Source: Marsupella aquatica (Eukaryota > Plantae > Marchantiophyta). From it: DNA of 64,000 nucleotides. This document shows, piece by piece, positions 1 through 11,040 of the stretch; position 1 is the stretch's first letter; every line of letters starts with the position of its first letter. The notes beneath the pieces were generated by a model that saw only the letters and a program-made list of their open reading frames with translations, was not told the DNA's origin and ran no database searches. The translations under genes and the position numbers were made by a program. The stretch covers positions 3,149,659 through 3,213,658 of the forward strand of contig OZ316895.1 in NCBI GenBank assembly GCA_973895155.1, in the 5' to 3' direction.

Positions 1-385
1 CTCACGTTATGTGGGGTCGGGATTGACGGTCTCACTCTGCCCATGGCGACAGAAGGCAGAGCCTCCGTCGTCGATCATGCTGACACTGTAGGGTTGTAGA
101 CCAGATGCGACTGTAATTTACCTTCGCGGAGGGCTCAGCTAACAAAGCAGGTTTCGCGACAATATATCTCGATTATTTTAATCCATCTCCAAGTACAACC
201 CCAAGAACCTGTTGGGGGGGGGGGCATCCACCAGTCTGTGTGCTCCGTCAATTGTTTATTGGAGTGTGTGTGATGAAGTGAAATTGTTTTATTGGAGCAA
301 ATGAAATAAAGTGGTAAATGTTTTATTTATGCAAAATAGTTTTATGATATTATATTTGATCTACCTAACAATGTCTATTTTCCCT

Positions 386-1250
386 CTAGGTGGCATTGTA
401 CTTGTGCTTCAAAGAAGTGCCCACTGTCGATGTCTCATCCCCGTTCGGAGCGGGGATGTCGGTGATGAGGCCTTCCTCCCTGCTCCACTGCAAACGATCG
501 ATCAGCGTCTGTGCATGCTCTTTGGTCAAGCTGACCAGCATGTCGATAGACATCTTGAAGTCGTGTCTTAGCCTTGTCACCTGGGTCAGGTGTGCTCCCT
601 TTGTATGTTGGATGTATTCATGTGTCACTTCCTTCTTGGTCAGCTGGTCTTCATCGAAAGGGACTGCCATGAACCTGAGGACCTTGTTCTGCACTCCTGT
701 GTTTCAATTTGTGGTTGAGTTAGTACGTTATTGTTCTTGAATGTTGTGAAATGGGTTTGAGTGGGATTCTAAGCTTGTTACCTGTCGCTGGTCTGTCATT
801 GTAGAGTTCCTTGAAATTCTTTGAAGAATTTCTTGCGGTTGTCAATCAATTTTGACATGTCTCTTTTGCTGATGCCAGAGTCCCATTCCGAGGTCTCCAT
901 TCTCATACCGTCTGCGTACTCAATCTGTTTGGTCGTGCGGACATTTTTCTCAGGACTGTAGTCCCTTGTAGGCAGCTCACGCATGATCAATCATGCCGGC
1001 TCGACTGCCGTCATGGGCTGTAGTGAAACAATGACAAAGTGTTAGTTGGTGTTAGTGTCATCGTCCCCTCCTCTTCATAGAATCTCAAATTCTGCAGCTC
1101 CCGTATTCACAGCCAGAATCCTGTCAATCGACGCAGAAGCGGATCTTATTAGAGTGGATACCCTCTTCCTTGTTCTGACTGACCATACCCTCTTCCGTGT
1201 TCCGCTTCTATCCTCTGCCTTGTTCTGGCCATTCCTCTACACCTCAAACA
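386..1250 (-). pseudogene. Degenerate, probably spliced coding remnant of unknown family (possibly TE-derived)
   Basis: Two protein-like minus-strand ORFs (796-990, 386-694) are separated by a short intron-like segment, with in-frame stops nearby. No domain recognised. Confidence 0.2.
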
Positions 1251-2959
1251 ACAGAAAATGACGCTCAGGCTCTACACTACCCGACGCCAGGCTCTAAGAC
1301 ACCAACAGACGACACCAACAGACTTACATTACTTTCATTGGACTCCTCAACCAAGACATAACGCACTAGTCAATTAACAAGGAAACTTTTTCTTTACTTT
1401 TTTAATTTACTCAAAGAATGATTACTTTATTCTATGTTTTGAAAAAGACCAAAATGTAAATAAAACAGTTACAAGGAGCAGTTTTGCGTCAGTTTTTTAT
1501 CTTTTGATTTGCATGTCCTTTTTTTACATTCTCTTTTACGGCATGGCGTCCCAATTTTTACAGCAAAGTTGCCACAAACACGAATGCAAAAGTTAATTTT
1601 ATCCAAAAACAAGTTTGTTCTTGTTTGCAACGTGCCATGATGATGTGGCATGCTATGGAGCCAGGAATTAAAGCTAGAGCTAAAAAATGTGAGGACCCTC
1701 TCCCTCTATTGCATAACATATATTGATTACGCCACAAAGTAACGTGACCTCACCTTTGTCACATAACATATATTATTTTTCCTTCATTCTGGATCAACCG
1801 CCACCTCAAATGCAACAACCATCACCCACGTTAGGAGCAAAGCCCACATGCCTTAATTTGGTCACGGCTTCCAGAGTTCATGTCAGGAGCAAAGTCCATA
1901 CACCTTTGGTTGCAGCTTTCCGGAGTTATGAGGTCCTCGGTTTCTGGATTTGCGTCTAAAGTTACGAAAAAATTACGGGTTAAGTGTTAAGCCCATGGGC
2001 TTTCCTTATGATAGCTAAAGATAAACTTTACACAATACTTGAGTTATGATAGGGCTATTCTCTTGTTACGTTGGCCTTATAGATGCTGTGATTGAATCCA
2101 TTGAAAACTTACAAAGCTTGCAGACTACTTTTCTTTGTCCACGTTGACGAGTCAACACACTAGTAGCATGGCAGCAATGGCCTTTGCTGCTCTTCTGCAA
2201 TGTGCGCATGGCTTGAAGGCTACCACCAACTCTAGCCACATCCAGAGCATGTTGAGTGTAGTGATTTATTCATCCAGTGTTTCTTTTTTTCATTGTGTTG
2301 TGATTGCTCCATGTCTGCTCTACCCACAAATCAATTGCTCCGTTACAATGCTAGGCCAAGGCCCATGATAGTTTGTTCAGTAACAAGCTCAGTTCTGAAA
2401 AGAGGATTACGATTACTCTTATGGTGCCCACGTACCCTTCGTGGGAGATCTTGGTCTAGTTGGATTGATTTGACCTTCTGTTCCAATGAAGTGAATCATA
2501 TTTTTCTCGGATAGAGTACAAGTGAACGAAAAGCTCTTGACAATGAGCACCTGTTTGTTTGTTCACCTAAAAGTGTCATGAACCTAGAGCTTGATCAAAG
2601 ATGCCTCCGTTCGTGACCAGAAACTGCGTAGTTTTGTGTCAAAAATTCAACTGAGAAGTTTTTGAGTTTTTCTTCCTTCCTTTTAATTGTGTTGGAAGGT
2701 CATACGAGAAAGTTCCTTGCACGAAGACTATTCAATTTGGACGTTGGAACTCATGGGAAGCACATCCACCTTTGCTATCAACAAGTCAATTTTCAGTCAA
2801 TTTTCACATGGGCTTGCTCTTGGTAAAACATAAATGAAACTCATAGGCGTGATTAAATTCTTTGATTCTTACTATTTCTTGCACTCCTTGGTGGTAGGGC
2901 AGCCTTGTTGTAACATACCTCTAATAGAGATTGGTGCCAAATCAGGCCATCATGCTCCA

Positions 2960-3200
2960 CAAAGTTGGCCTCTTTTTGTTGCGATCATAGATCTATGTGT
3001 TTCTTCATATGGATGTAACGTGCCTGAAGAGCTATCTGAGTTCTGATTTTGGTCTATCTTTCAAATAGTAAGCTGTTTCCTATTTGTCTTATAATGCATG
3101 TCATGTTCTCAAAGACCAATTCATACTCAACATTAGAGCCATCTATTCTCTCAATTGGTCAGGAGGAGAACTATTCTAAAATTTCTAAAGTGTTAGAGTA
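2960..3200 (+). repeat. Dispersed copy of two intronic segments of the G-patch gene (about 23333-23462 joined to about 24015-24130)
   Basis: aaagttggcctcttttt..atcatagatcta..tttcttcatatggatg.aacgtgcctgaa and caaagaccaattcatact.aacattaga.ccatctat.ctctca occur at both locations. Confidence 0.75.
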
Positions 3201-3230
3201 CAAAGACACCATAGCCAAGACCCTTAGTCA

Positions 3231-4700
3231 CGGAACTCGACTACCTTAACACTTAGCTTTGGCGTCGCTGACTCCAACGCCAAGCTCCCTTATGATCCAG
3301 GCCCGAAGAGGCCATCCGGAGAGGACTTAGCATGGGGAGACTTGTGGGCAACGAGACGTGGCGCTAGCGAAGGCAAGGAGCCAAGCTGGTGACACACACT
3401 AAGGACTTGGACTAGTTGAGAGTTGGTCGGGTCAAGGGAAAATGGGTCGGGCTCAAGGACGGCCGTCCGGACCTCCAAATGGACTTTGAGTTCTGAGGGC
3501 TTGAGTGTGAGCTCCTCTTGGCCCAAGGCCCATGGAGTTGACGTCATGGGCAACGGACGCTTGGGGCGCAAGTTATGGCCCGATCCGGGTTAGGCCGATC
3601 AGGGGCCCCAAGCGGCAATGAGACCTGAGGACCTAGGCATGAGCACTGGGTCGGCCCAATCACAACGGGCTAAGGCAATCCGCTTGCGGATGCCTAACGA
3701 GAAAGTTATGGGCGTTGCCAATTGGTGGCGCGCCCATTATGCGCAATAGGATCCGAGTTGGAGGCCAAATGTTTAGGGACCAAAGTTGGTCCGGGGGTGG
3801 CAGGTCTCCAGAAGCATATATGAGGGGAGTTGTGTCTCCCTGGGGGCTAAGGGCGAGCCGAAGTTGTGAGTCGCGGCGGTCGCAACACTAAGAAAAACCG
3901 CCAAACGGAAACAACAATATTTTCCCAACGAGAAGTCCGTTGGAGGACTTCTTGGGTGCGTTGGAAAAATCTCAAGGACGGCTACGCCCTCTTGAGATTA
4001 GATGGGTCTAGGGGCACCATGGGTTCTCAGGGTTTGCGGTGTTAACTTGCCCGCTTGCCAAATAGCAGCCAAATAGCAGCCAAGCCGCGTTCAGTCTCCC
4101 AAGAGAGCTTGCGTTGGGGAGGCAAGGCCAAGTAGGTGTGGAGGTTGAGTTCCAAGAGTGCTCGGTCTCTAGACCATCATTGAGGCAAATCGGGAGTTGG
4201 TTGCTAGAGGCGGGGCCATTCTGGTCTCGGCGTGTTGGGACAAGCTTTAGGACAAGCTACGCTATTTGGGCCATGAGCATGTCCTCAGTTCAGGGCGGTC
4301 AGTTGGTGATGGATAGGTACGAGAAAGAACCTGGGCCGCGCCCAAGGAAGGAGCTGTTCGGGACGAACAATGGGCGTGGGTTTTGGTTTCAACTTATGGC
4401 ATCGGGAGGACCTATTTACCAATGTTTGTTGAGCTTGAGTTAGGATGCTAGACCTGGCGAGTTCTAGATCCTGAAGGGTTACTTACCGAGGTGCTTGGTT
4501 GCTTGTGTAGATAGTGAGGACCGTTGAGTAGCGGTCGTGTTGGAGAGCAAGTGCGGCTTCGTATAGGAGGGGCCGCTGGCGGTGCAAGGGGCACTAGGGT
4601 GCTTGCTCAAAGTATTCCATTGAGGCATTCGGGCACCAGGGGCACTTAGGCGTGAGTGTTGGGATTGGTAAGGGCGCTGGGTGGCAAGGTCCACCACTTC
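3231..4700. mobile_element. Dispersed repeat family copy A (unclassified, probably non-autonomous TE)
   Basis: Shares ordered blocks (aactcgactacc.ta.cacttagct; ggaccaaagttggtccgggggtggcaggtc..cagaagcatatatgagggg; gggccatg.gcatgtcct; gggtggcaaggtccaccact) with about 4790-6870, 15616-15797 and 34011-35210. Confidence 0.65.
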
Positions 4701-4789
4701 CTTGGATGAGATGCAAAATGTAGATCACACCTGTAACTAATGTGGTTTGTAACTGCCTCTTAGTCGCGACTACAACTTTCACCTACTCG

Positions 4790-6870
4790 TAATTGCTCCG
4801 GCGTTGCCTAACTCCAGCGTTGAGCCCCTCTTAGATTTGCTACCATCATGGCCATTAGGGATACAACTAACAAAGAGGAGGCTAGTAAGAGCAAGGACAA
4901 GACTTGAGAAAAGCGCGCTCCACTTAACTTTATTGGGCCCATTGCTGATCACGGAAATATGAACTATTTTTCTGACGGATCACCATAGGGGCCCGAGAAG
5001 CCCCACATGAGCCCGATCATGGGGCCGCATATTTCTCGGCCAACGGACCCAGGGGCCAAAAGTTATGGCCGACTCAAGCCGCATGCTTGTAGTTTGGGCC
5101 CGTTGCCGATCATGGAAAAATGAACTATTTTTCCAACGGATCACCATAGGGGCCCGAGAAGCCCCACATGAGCCCGATCATGGGGCCACATATTTCTCGG
5201 CCAACGGACCCAAGGGCCAAAAGTTATGGCCGACTCAAGCCGCATGCTTGTAGTTTGGGCCCGTTGCCGATCATGGAAAAATGAACTATTTTTCCAACGG
5301 ATCACCATAGGGGCCCGAGAAGCCCCACATGAGCCCGATCATGGGGCCGCATATTTCTCGGCCAACGGACCCAGGGGCCAAAAGTTATGGCCGACTCAAG
5401 CCGCATGCTTGTAGTTTGGGCCCGTTGCCGATCACGGAAAAATGAACTATTTTTCCAACGGATCACCATAGGGGCCCGAGAAGCCCCACATGAGCCCGAT
5501 CATGGGGCCGCATATTTCTCGGCCAACGGACCCAGGGGCCAAAAGTTATGGCCGACTCAAGCCGCATGCTTGTAGTTTGGGCCCGTTGCCGATCACGGAA
5601 AAATGAACTATTTTTCCAACGGATCACCATAGGGGCCTGAGAAGCCCCACATGAGCCCGATCATGGGGCAACATATTTTTTGGCCAACGGACCTAGGGGC
5701 CAAAAGTTATGGCCGATTTAGACTCGATTAGAGTCGCCGCGCATCGATGGACCAAGAGGGGGTTGCCTGGACCAGGGGGGTTGCCTGGACCAGAGCGGGG
5801 TTAGGGCCGTAACTTTTAGCCCCTTATGCCACAATTTGCGCTCGAGGCCAAGTTACAGAAGGTTTTCAATTATCTTCGTTTCAAGCTAAGTGGCGGGGCC
5901 CACGGACCCTCGGGTAGGGGGCCAAAGATAGGGGACCAAAGCTGGTCCGGGGGTGGCAGGTCCCCAGAAGCATATATGAGGGGAGTGGTCCTCTCAAGTT
6001 TGAGCTCGAGCTGATCACGATCAACGAAGATACGTCGTTTCGAGTTTTGAAGCGGAAACAAACATAACTCGACGACCGGATCTCCGTTGGGGGAGTTCTT
6101 GGGCTTGTTGGAAAGCTAATGAAGAAAGCTACCTTATGGTGCTCTCTGATTGTGCATTGGATGATTTTGGTTTTGAGGCTTGCAATGGGGGGAGTCCCTC
6201 TTGCCGATCCGAAGTCGAACAGTGACCAAACCGCATTTGGTTCCCATGGGGACCTGATGTTGGAGAGGTAGAACCAAGTAGACTCTGGGGGCTGCCATTG
6301 AGATCTGGTCCCGATGCATGGTGAGAGGTTGAGCGGAACCCAGTTTCGCAGAGAGGTGGCTAAGATCTAGAAATTGAATGGTCTCGGCGTGTTACTACTA
6401 GTTTGTGACAAACTGAGTTTGGGCCATGGGCATGTCCTGGAGGCAGGGCGGTCAGCCATTGACGGGTAGAAAGTGGGGAAGCTTGGGCGACATTCGGTAG
6501 ATAGACTATTCTGGACGAACAGTGATGTCGACCTTAGTTTCAGCTTATGGCAAGGCCATGCGGGTCTGGGAGGCTCTATCCGCTGACCTACTTACTAACG
6601 ACTATTGAGCTTGAGGCAAGACAAGGGTCTTGGGAGTTCCGAGATCAAGACAAGTTCTTACCGGTTGGTTGGTTGCTTGTGCAGATAGCAAAGACCGTTG
6701 AGCGACGGTTGTGCTGACAAGGGCAAGTGCGACTTCGTATGGGAGGGGTCGCTGACGACAAGGAGTATAGTCGAGGAGAACTTGCCCCAACATTTCGTGT
6801 TAGTGCAAGGTTCGACTTGTTTCAAGGCTGAGAAACGAGTTTGGACGGGCACGTGGTGGGAGGGCCACCA
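4790..6870. mobile_element. Dispersed repeat family copy B, carrying an internal 161-bp tandem array
   Basis: Same conserved blocks as copy A at about 5930-5990, 6420-6460 and 6850-6870. Confidence 0.55.
4934..5716. repeat. Tandem repeat, 161-bp unit, about 4.8 near-identical copies
   Basis: Unit gaactatttttccaacggatcaccataggggcccgagaagccccacatgagcccgatcatggggcc... recurs. Near-identical 62-aa ORFs start at 5065, 5226 and 5387 (161 apart). Confidence 0.95.
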
Positions 6871-6904
6871 CTCTCTTCATCTATTAGTATGTATTATGGT
6901 ACAT

Positions 6905-7815
6905 ATGTAACCTGGTCCTAACCAAGGTCAGGTTAACTATGGGCAACCTAGTAATACTTATATTATAACACTCCCCCTTGGTTGCAGTATGACAATAATA
7001 CAAGCAACTATATGAGTATTATGCTAGAGTCAAGTTCTACATCAACATCTCTAAGAATAGGTTTTGTTCCCTATGAAGGGTGAAGGTGTTGCCTCATTAA
7101 AACCCTCTCGTACTCCTGCGAGGGAAAGAGTACAACCACTTTTTACATAAGTGATCAAATAGGATCATTATCTATTAATCTAGATAGTTTTCTCAATGCT
7201 ATATTGTGGCAATGTAGTTGGTGTGTTGCTTGTGGTAACGCCTTGGTAAATAAGTCTTCAAAATTATCTTTTCCAGCAATGGCCTTCACTTCAATGGCCG
7301 TGTCTCCTTGTTGTTGAAGAATTTTGGAGCAATGTGCTTGATTCGATCTCCTTTGACGAAGCCTTTAGACACTTGCTCAACACATGCATAGTTGTCTTCG
7401 TACAAAGTAGTAGGTGTTGTCAAAGTGGGTATATAGGCCTCATTGTGTATTAATATGATTAATCATTCTTCTCAGCCATATGCATTCCCTATTGGCTTCA
7501 TATAAGGTGATTATCTCAGCTTGGTTGGAAGAGATACAAGTTAGAGTTTGTTTAGTGCTTTTCCATGATATTGTTGTATTGTCATATAAAAATACGTAAC
7601 TAGTTTGGGATTTTGCATCGTTAGGGTCTGAGAGGTACCCAACATAAGCATAATCTATTAAGGTTTGGTTAGTATTATTAGGGAAGTATAGTCTCATATC
7701 ATAAGTGCCTTGTAAATATCGGAATATTGGTTTAATGCCATTCCAATGGCGTATAGTATGTTGTGAGCTATGTCTAGCCAACAAATTCATGGCAAATGAA
7801 ATGTTAGACCTAGTT
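6905..7815 (-). mobile_element. Ty1/copia LTR retrotransposon remnant (RT C-terminus/RNase H, PPT, start of 3' LTR)
   Basis: ORF 7440-7790: NLLARHS..HWNGIKPIFRYLQGT..SQTSYVF..ISWKSTKQT..SSNQAEIITLYEANRECIWLR, typical copia RNase H, degraded. The minus strand has a PPT (AGGGGGAG, about 6971-6978) immediately followed by TGTTATAAT. Confidence 0.85.
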
Positions 7816-8229
7816 TAGTTGGCTAAGAACATTAAGGCTCCAATAGCTGAGAGATATGGTTACGGACCCCCATGAGAGGTCCCTTGCAAATTCCCGGCCA
7901 TGAGGTTGCGACACATCAACACAACCAACCACAAACAGGAATGATCCTACTTTTAACAATAACAAAAGTGCACATTCATGTTTCTGACAAAAACAACATA
8001 ATTTTTGGGGCGCCATGCCATAAATATTAAGCGTAATAAAACTAGAATACAAAGGAAGAGTCATTTAGTAAAATAAAGTTATCATTATGATGTTTGTCAA
8101 AGATATATCAGTGTTTTAGATCAAAATGCTTGTATTTTTAATTGTTTGCAAGTTTGAGAAAACTAATCGACAAAAATGTACATAGTTAGAACCCTTTGGC
8201 TCCACGTTGTAAAACTAAATAATCAATCT

Positions 8230-8405
8230 CTTTAGTACTTGATAAAATCTGTTAATGTTTGATTCATTGAAAAGCTCAAGCTCAAGATTTAGAAATTCAT
8301 GACCTTTTTAGTATTGTCTTGATAAAATCTCTCAATGTCACACTCATTGGAAAGCTAGAGTAAAATTAGAAACTCATCATCTCCTTAGTACTTGACAAAA
8401 TCTAT
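8230..8405. repeat. Degenerate minisatellite (cactcattggaaagctagag..aaactcat unit), left part
   Basis: The motif recurs here and at 14690-14990. Confidence 0.55.
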
Positions 8406-9260
8406 GTCGTCTATTTATCAAACGGTAAACACATATATTTTCCTTGTTTCACACCAAATACCGTTTTAATCGTATCACTGGGACGTGGAGGGACGCTATG
8501 TGGACTTCCTCACACCGGAAAGGAGTAGATTCGTTTCCGCTCCCGGAAATGCATTTTTTGATCAAGTCTACCGACTATTTTTCCGTCCTTGCTTTTGATC
8601 AAGTCCCGTGGACTACAGTCTCTCCCTTCCTCTTGGTCTCCAAAGAAGTGCTGTCACCACTCCCCTAGCTCACAGGGCCGACCAAACCTTGCAAACTTCT
8701 CTTAAAAATCCGCTTCCAGGGGGGATTCTGTCACAAAAGCACACCAATACGGCTACGGGAAGGACACAACTATGAAGGAAAAAGAAACCATAACACACAA
8801 CAAAAATTGAAGAGTCATACTGAATCCATAGCTCTTGGTGAACAACGTAATACATCGTATGAGCAACCCGACCTCCTCCCGTCTACTCAACTCCTGCCTC
8901 ACTAGGACGATGCGCACTCCTCACCTCCCTACTTCAGATGACTTCCTCCTCTATGTCACAAGCTAACACTCCAAATCCACTCTAGACTGAGTCCCCTTCT
9001 CTGCCCTTACCAGGGGTTGTTGTTAAGTACTGAAAATCAAAACACCCAAGCACCCAAGGGCCACCGCCCCTTCTCGGGCGACGCCGCTAATTCTAACAGT
9101 CACCTCTAACCTAGAACATGCGGCACACACATGTTTTAAAATACTATTCCTTATTGAATGCCAATGGTGCCTTCATTGGCGTCTACCAACAACTAACTAT
9201 TCCCTACCCTATTCTTCTGACTGATCACTACCTTCTTCCTCGGAGTGGCCACTGACATCC

Positions 9261-11040
9261 TCACTGTCCGACTGAACTGATGCCACCTCGGTCACCACCT
9301 TCTTCACCGGAGTAGTCCTCCCAGAAGTCTGACTTGAACTTTCCTTCTGCCGAAAGTAGGCCAACGCCTTCCATGCAGTGATGTACCCTTGGTTGATAGT
9401 CTCTCTCCACAAGGCGGCCTCCTCGGGTGATCGCAACTCTACGGGCAAGCTTTGGCCGCTGGCCAAAGCCGACATGGATTTTGACCAATCTTGGTGGCAT
9501 ATTGGTGGGACCATGACTAGCTAGTGCATCTCGTAAAGTCTTACGGGCCACCCTCAGTTTGCCCTCTAGGGTTTTGCACTGCTCCTTATCCTTCTTGGCA
9601 GCCTCCAACATGGGTCCATACATTTTGGTAAGCTCTATGACCACAGCGTTGACTGCAAAGTTTAATGCTTCCTGCAAAATTTCTACTTCTAGGGCAACCG
9701 TAGAGGTAGTGTTGGGTAGACAAGGACCCTTCCTCTTCCCAAGGCTTAAAACCTCAGCCCTCTTATTCCTGGTCTCATAAGCACTCACTTGGCTCTGAAG
9801 GTCCAAAATTTGCTTCTTGAGGATCTCGCTTTCTCCCAATGATGATTTCTTCAGGCTTAGTACTTCTCCTTTCAAGGTCACCACCTCTTCCGCTTCCTTT
9901 GTCTTGGTGGCCAATACTTCTTGTAAGTGAGTAACCTTCTCATTGGCCTGCTGCAGGGTGTCTTTGTTCGACAGGATGTCCCTCTCCAACGCTGCAATCT
10001 TGGCATTGGCCTGGTCGAGATCTTCTTTTGTAGTCTGCCATAGCATCATCCCAATGTGGACACCGGTACGAAACTCCCGTAGTTCAGCCAAGTACACCTC
10101 TGGAATGTCATACTCAATGGCCTCCTCCGGATTGCCAACCAGGCCCTCTAGCCACTCCAATGTATACTCTTCGTCATCCTCCTCCTCTTCTAATGCATCT
10201 GTGGTAATCGTAGATGCCGACACCGTAGGTGCCCTCTAGGCCATTCTCTCAATGACTGTGGTAGCTACCCTTCTCACTTCGGTTGAGAAGGAAGGCAGCC
10301 TCCTCCCTCAACTGGTAGAGGCGTGGGACCGGGTATGAGTCCCTCAGCCCGGGCTAGGATGAAAGACCCAATCACATGAATGATCCCACCTGGCTTGAGA
10401 CTCCGAGGATCCGCAGTCAAGGCCTTCTTCACACCGTATGCCCACCAACCATATGCATGCTCCGGATGCCTCTTAAATTCTATTGCGATGGCCAGATGCT
10501 CTCCCATGATGAAACCAGATTGTGGTCGATTGAAGTTCCGCTGATGCACCTTCCCTACAAACCCTTTGTAGGCTAGGTCTTTGAAGGAGGTGAGGGGGAT
10601 GTTGGTCACCGACGTTGGCTCCCTCATAAACTCAGATAATTGGTCTAGGGTGAGTAGTTCAGGCGGCCCCATAGGATAAAATGTGAAATCCTAGTTGGAA
10701 AGCATAAAAAAGCCAGCAATGTCCGAGTGACTTAAGGTGTTGTTGAGGCAACAATAGTATAGCCCCCCAAACCGGGCCTCCATTCCCGCCTCAATGTCCT
10801 AGCTCTTCTCAACATGGCACTTGATGTCTAGTCTCACAAAATCCATAAGCCCGGTGGCTCTAAACAAGTCTCCACTCTCCTCAAGGATTCTGGGGGTGGT
10901 CTTTGGGTATGCACTCTTGAAACTCTTGGGTGCCCTACTCATTCCCTCCCCGGTGATCACGGCCCAGGTCTTCTGTTCGATCTCTCTCTCTCTAGCCACG
11001 AGTGAGGCAATGTGCTTCCGGTAAGCCGCCCGGTACCCCC
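9261..11040 (-). mobile_element. Frame-disrupted coiled-coil ORF of a probable gypsy-type retroelement (accessory ORF)
   Basis: Colinear minus ORFs 10799-10999, 10274-10672 and 9261-10223 (acidic tract plus long heptad region) sit in TE context with no introns. A minus-strand TGTGACGGGG LTR-like start lies at 14679. Family assignment is inference. Confidence 0.45.

Noticed and set aside
5065-5575. Three near-identical 62-aa ORFs as a peptide gene cluster
   Set aside because: By-product of the 161-bp tandem repeat; the unit is not a multiple of 3 and the ORFs overlap.
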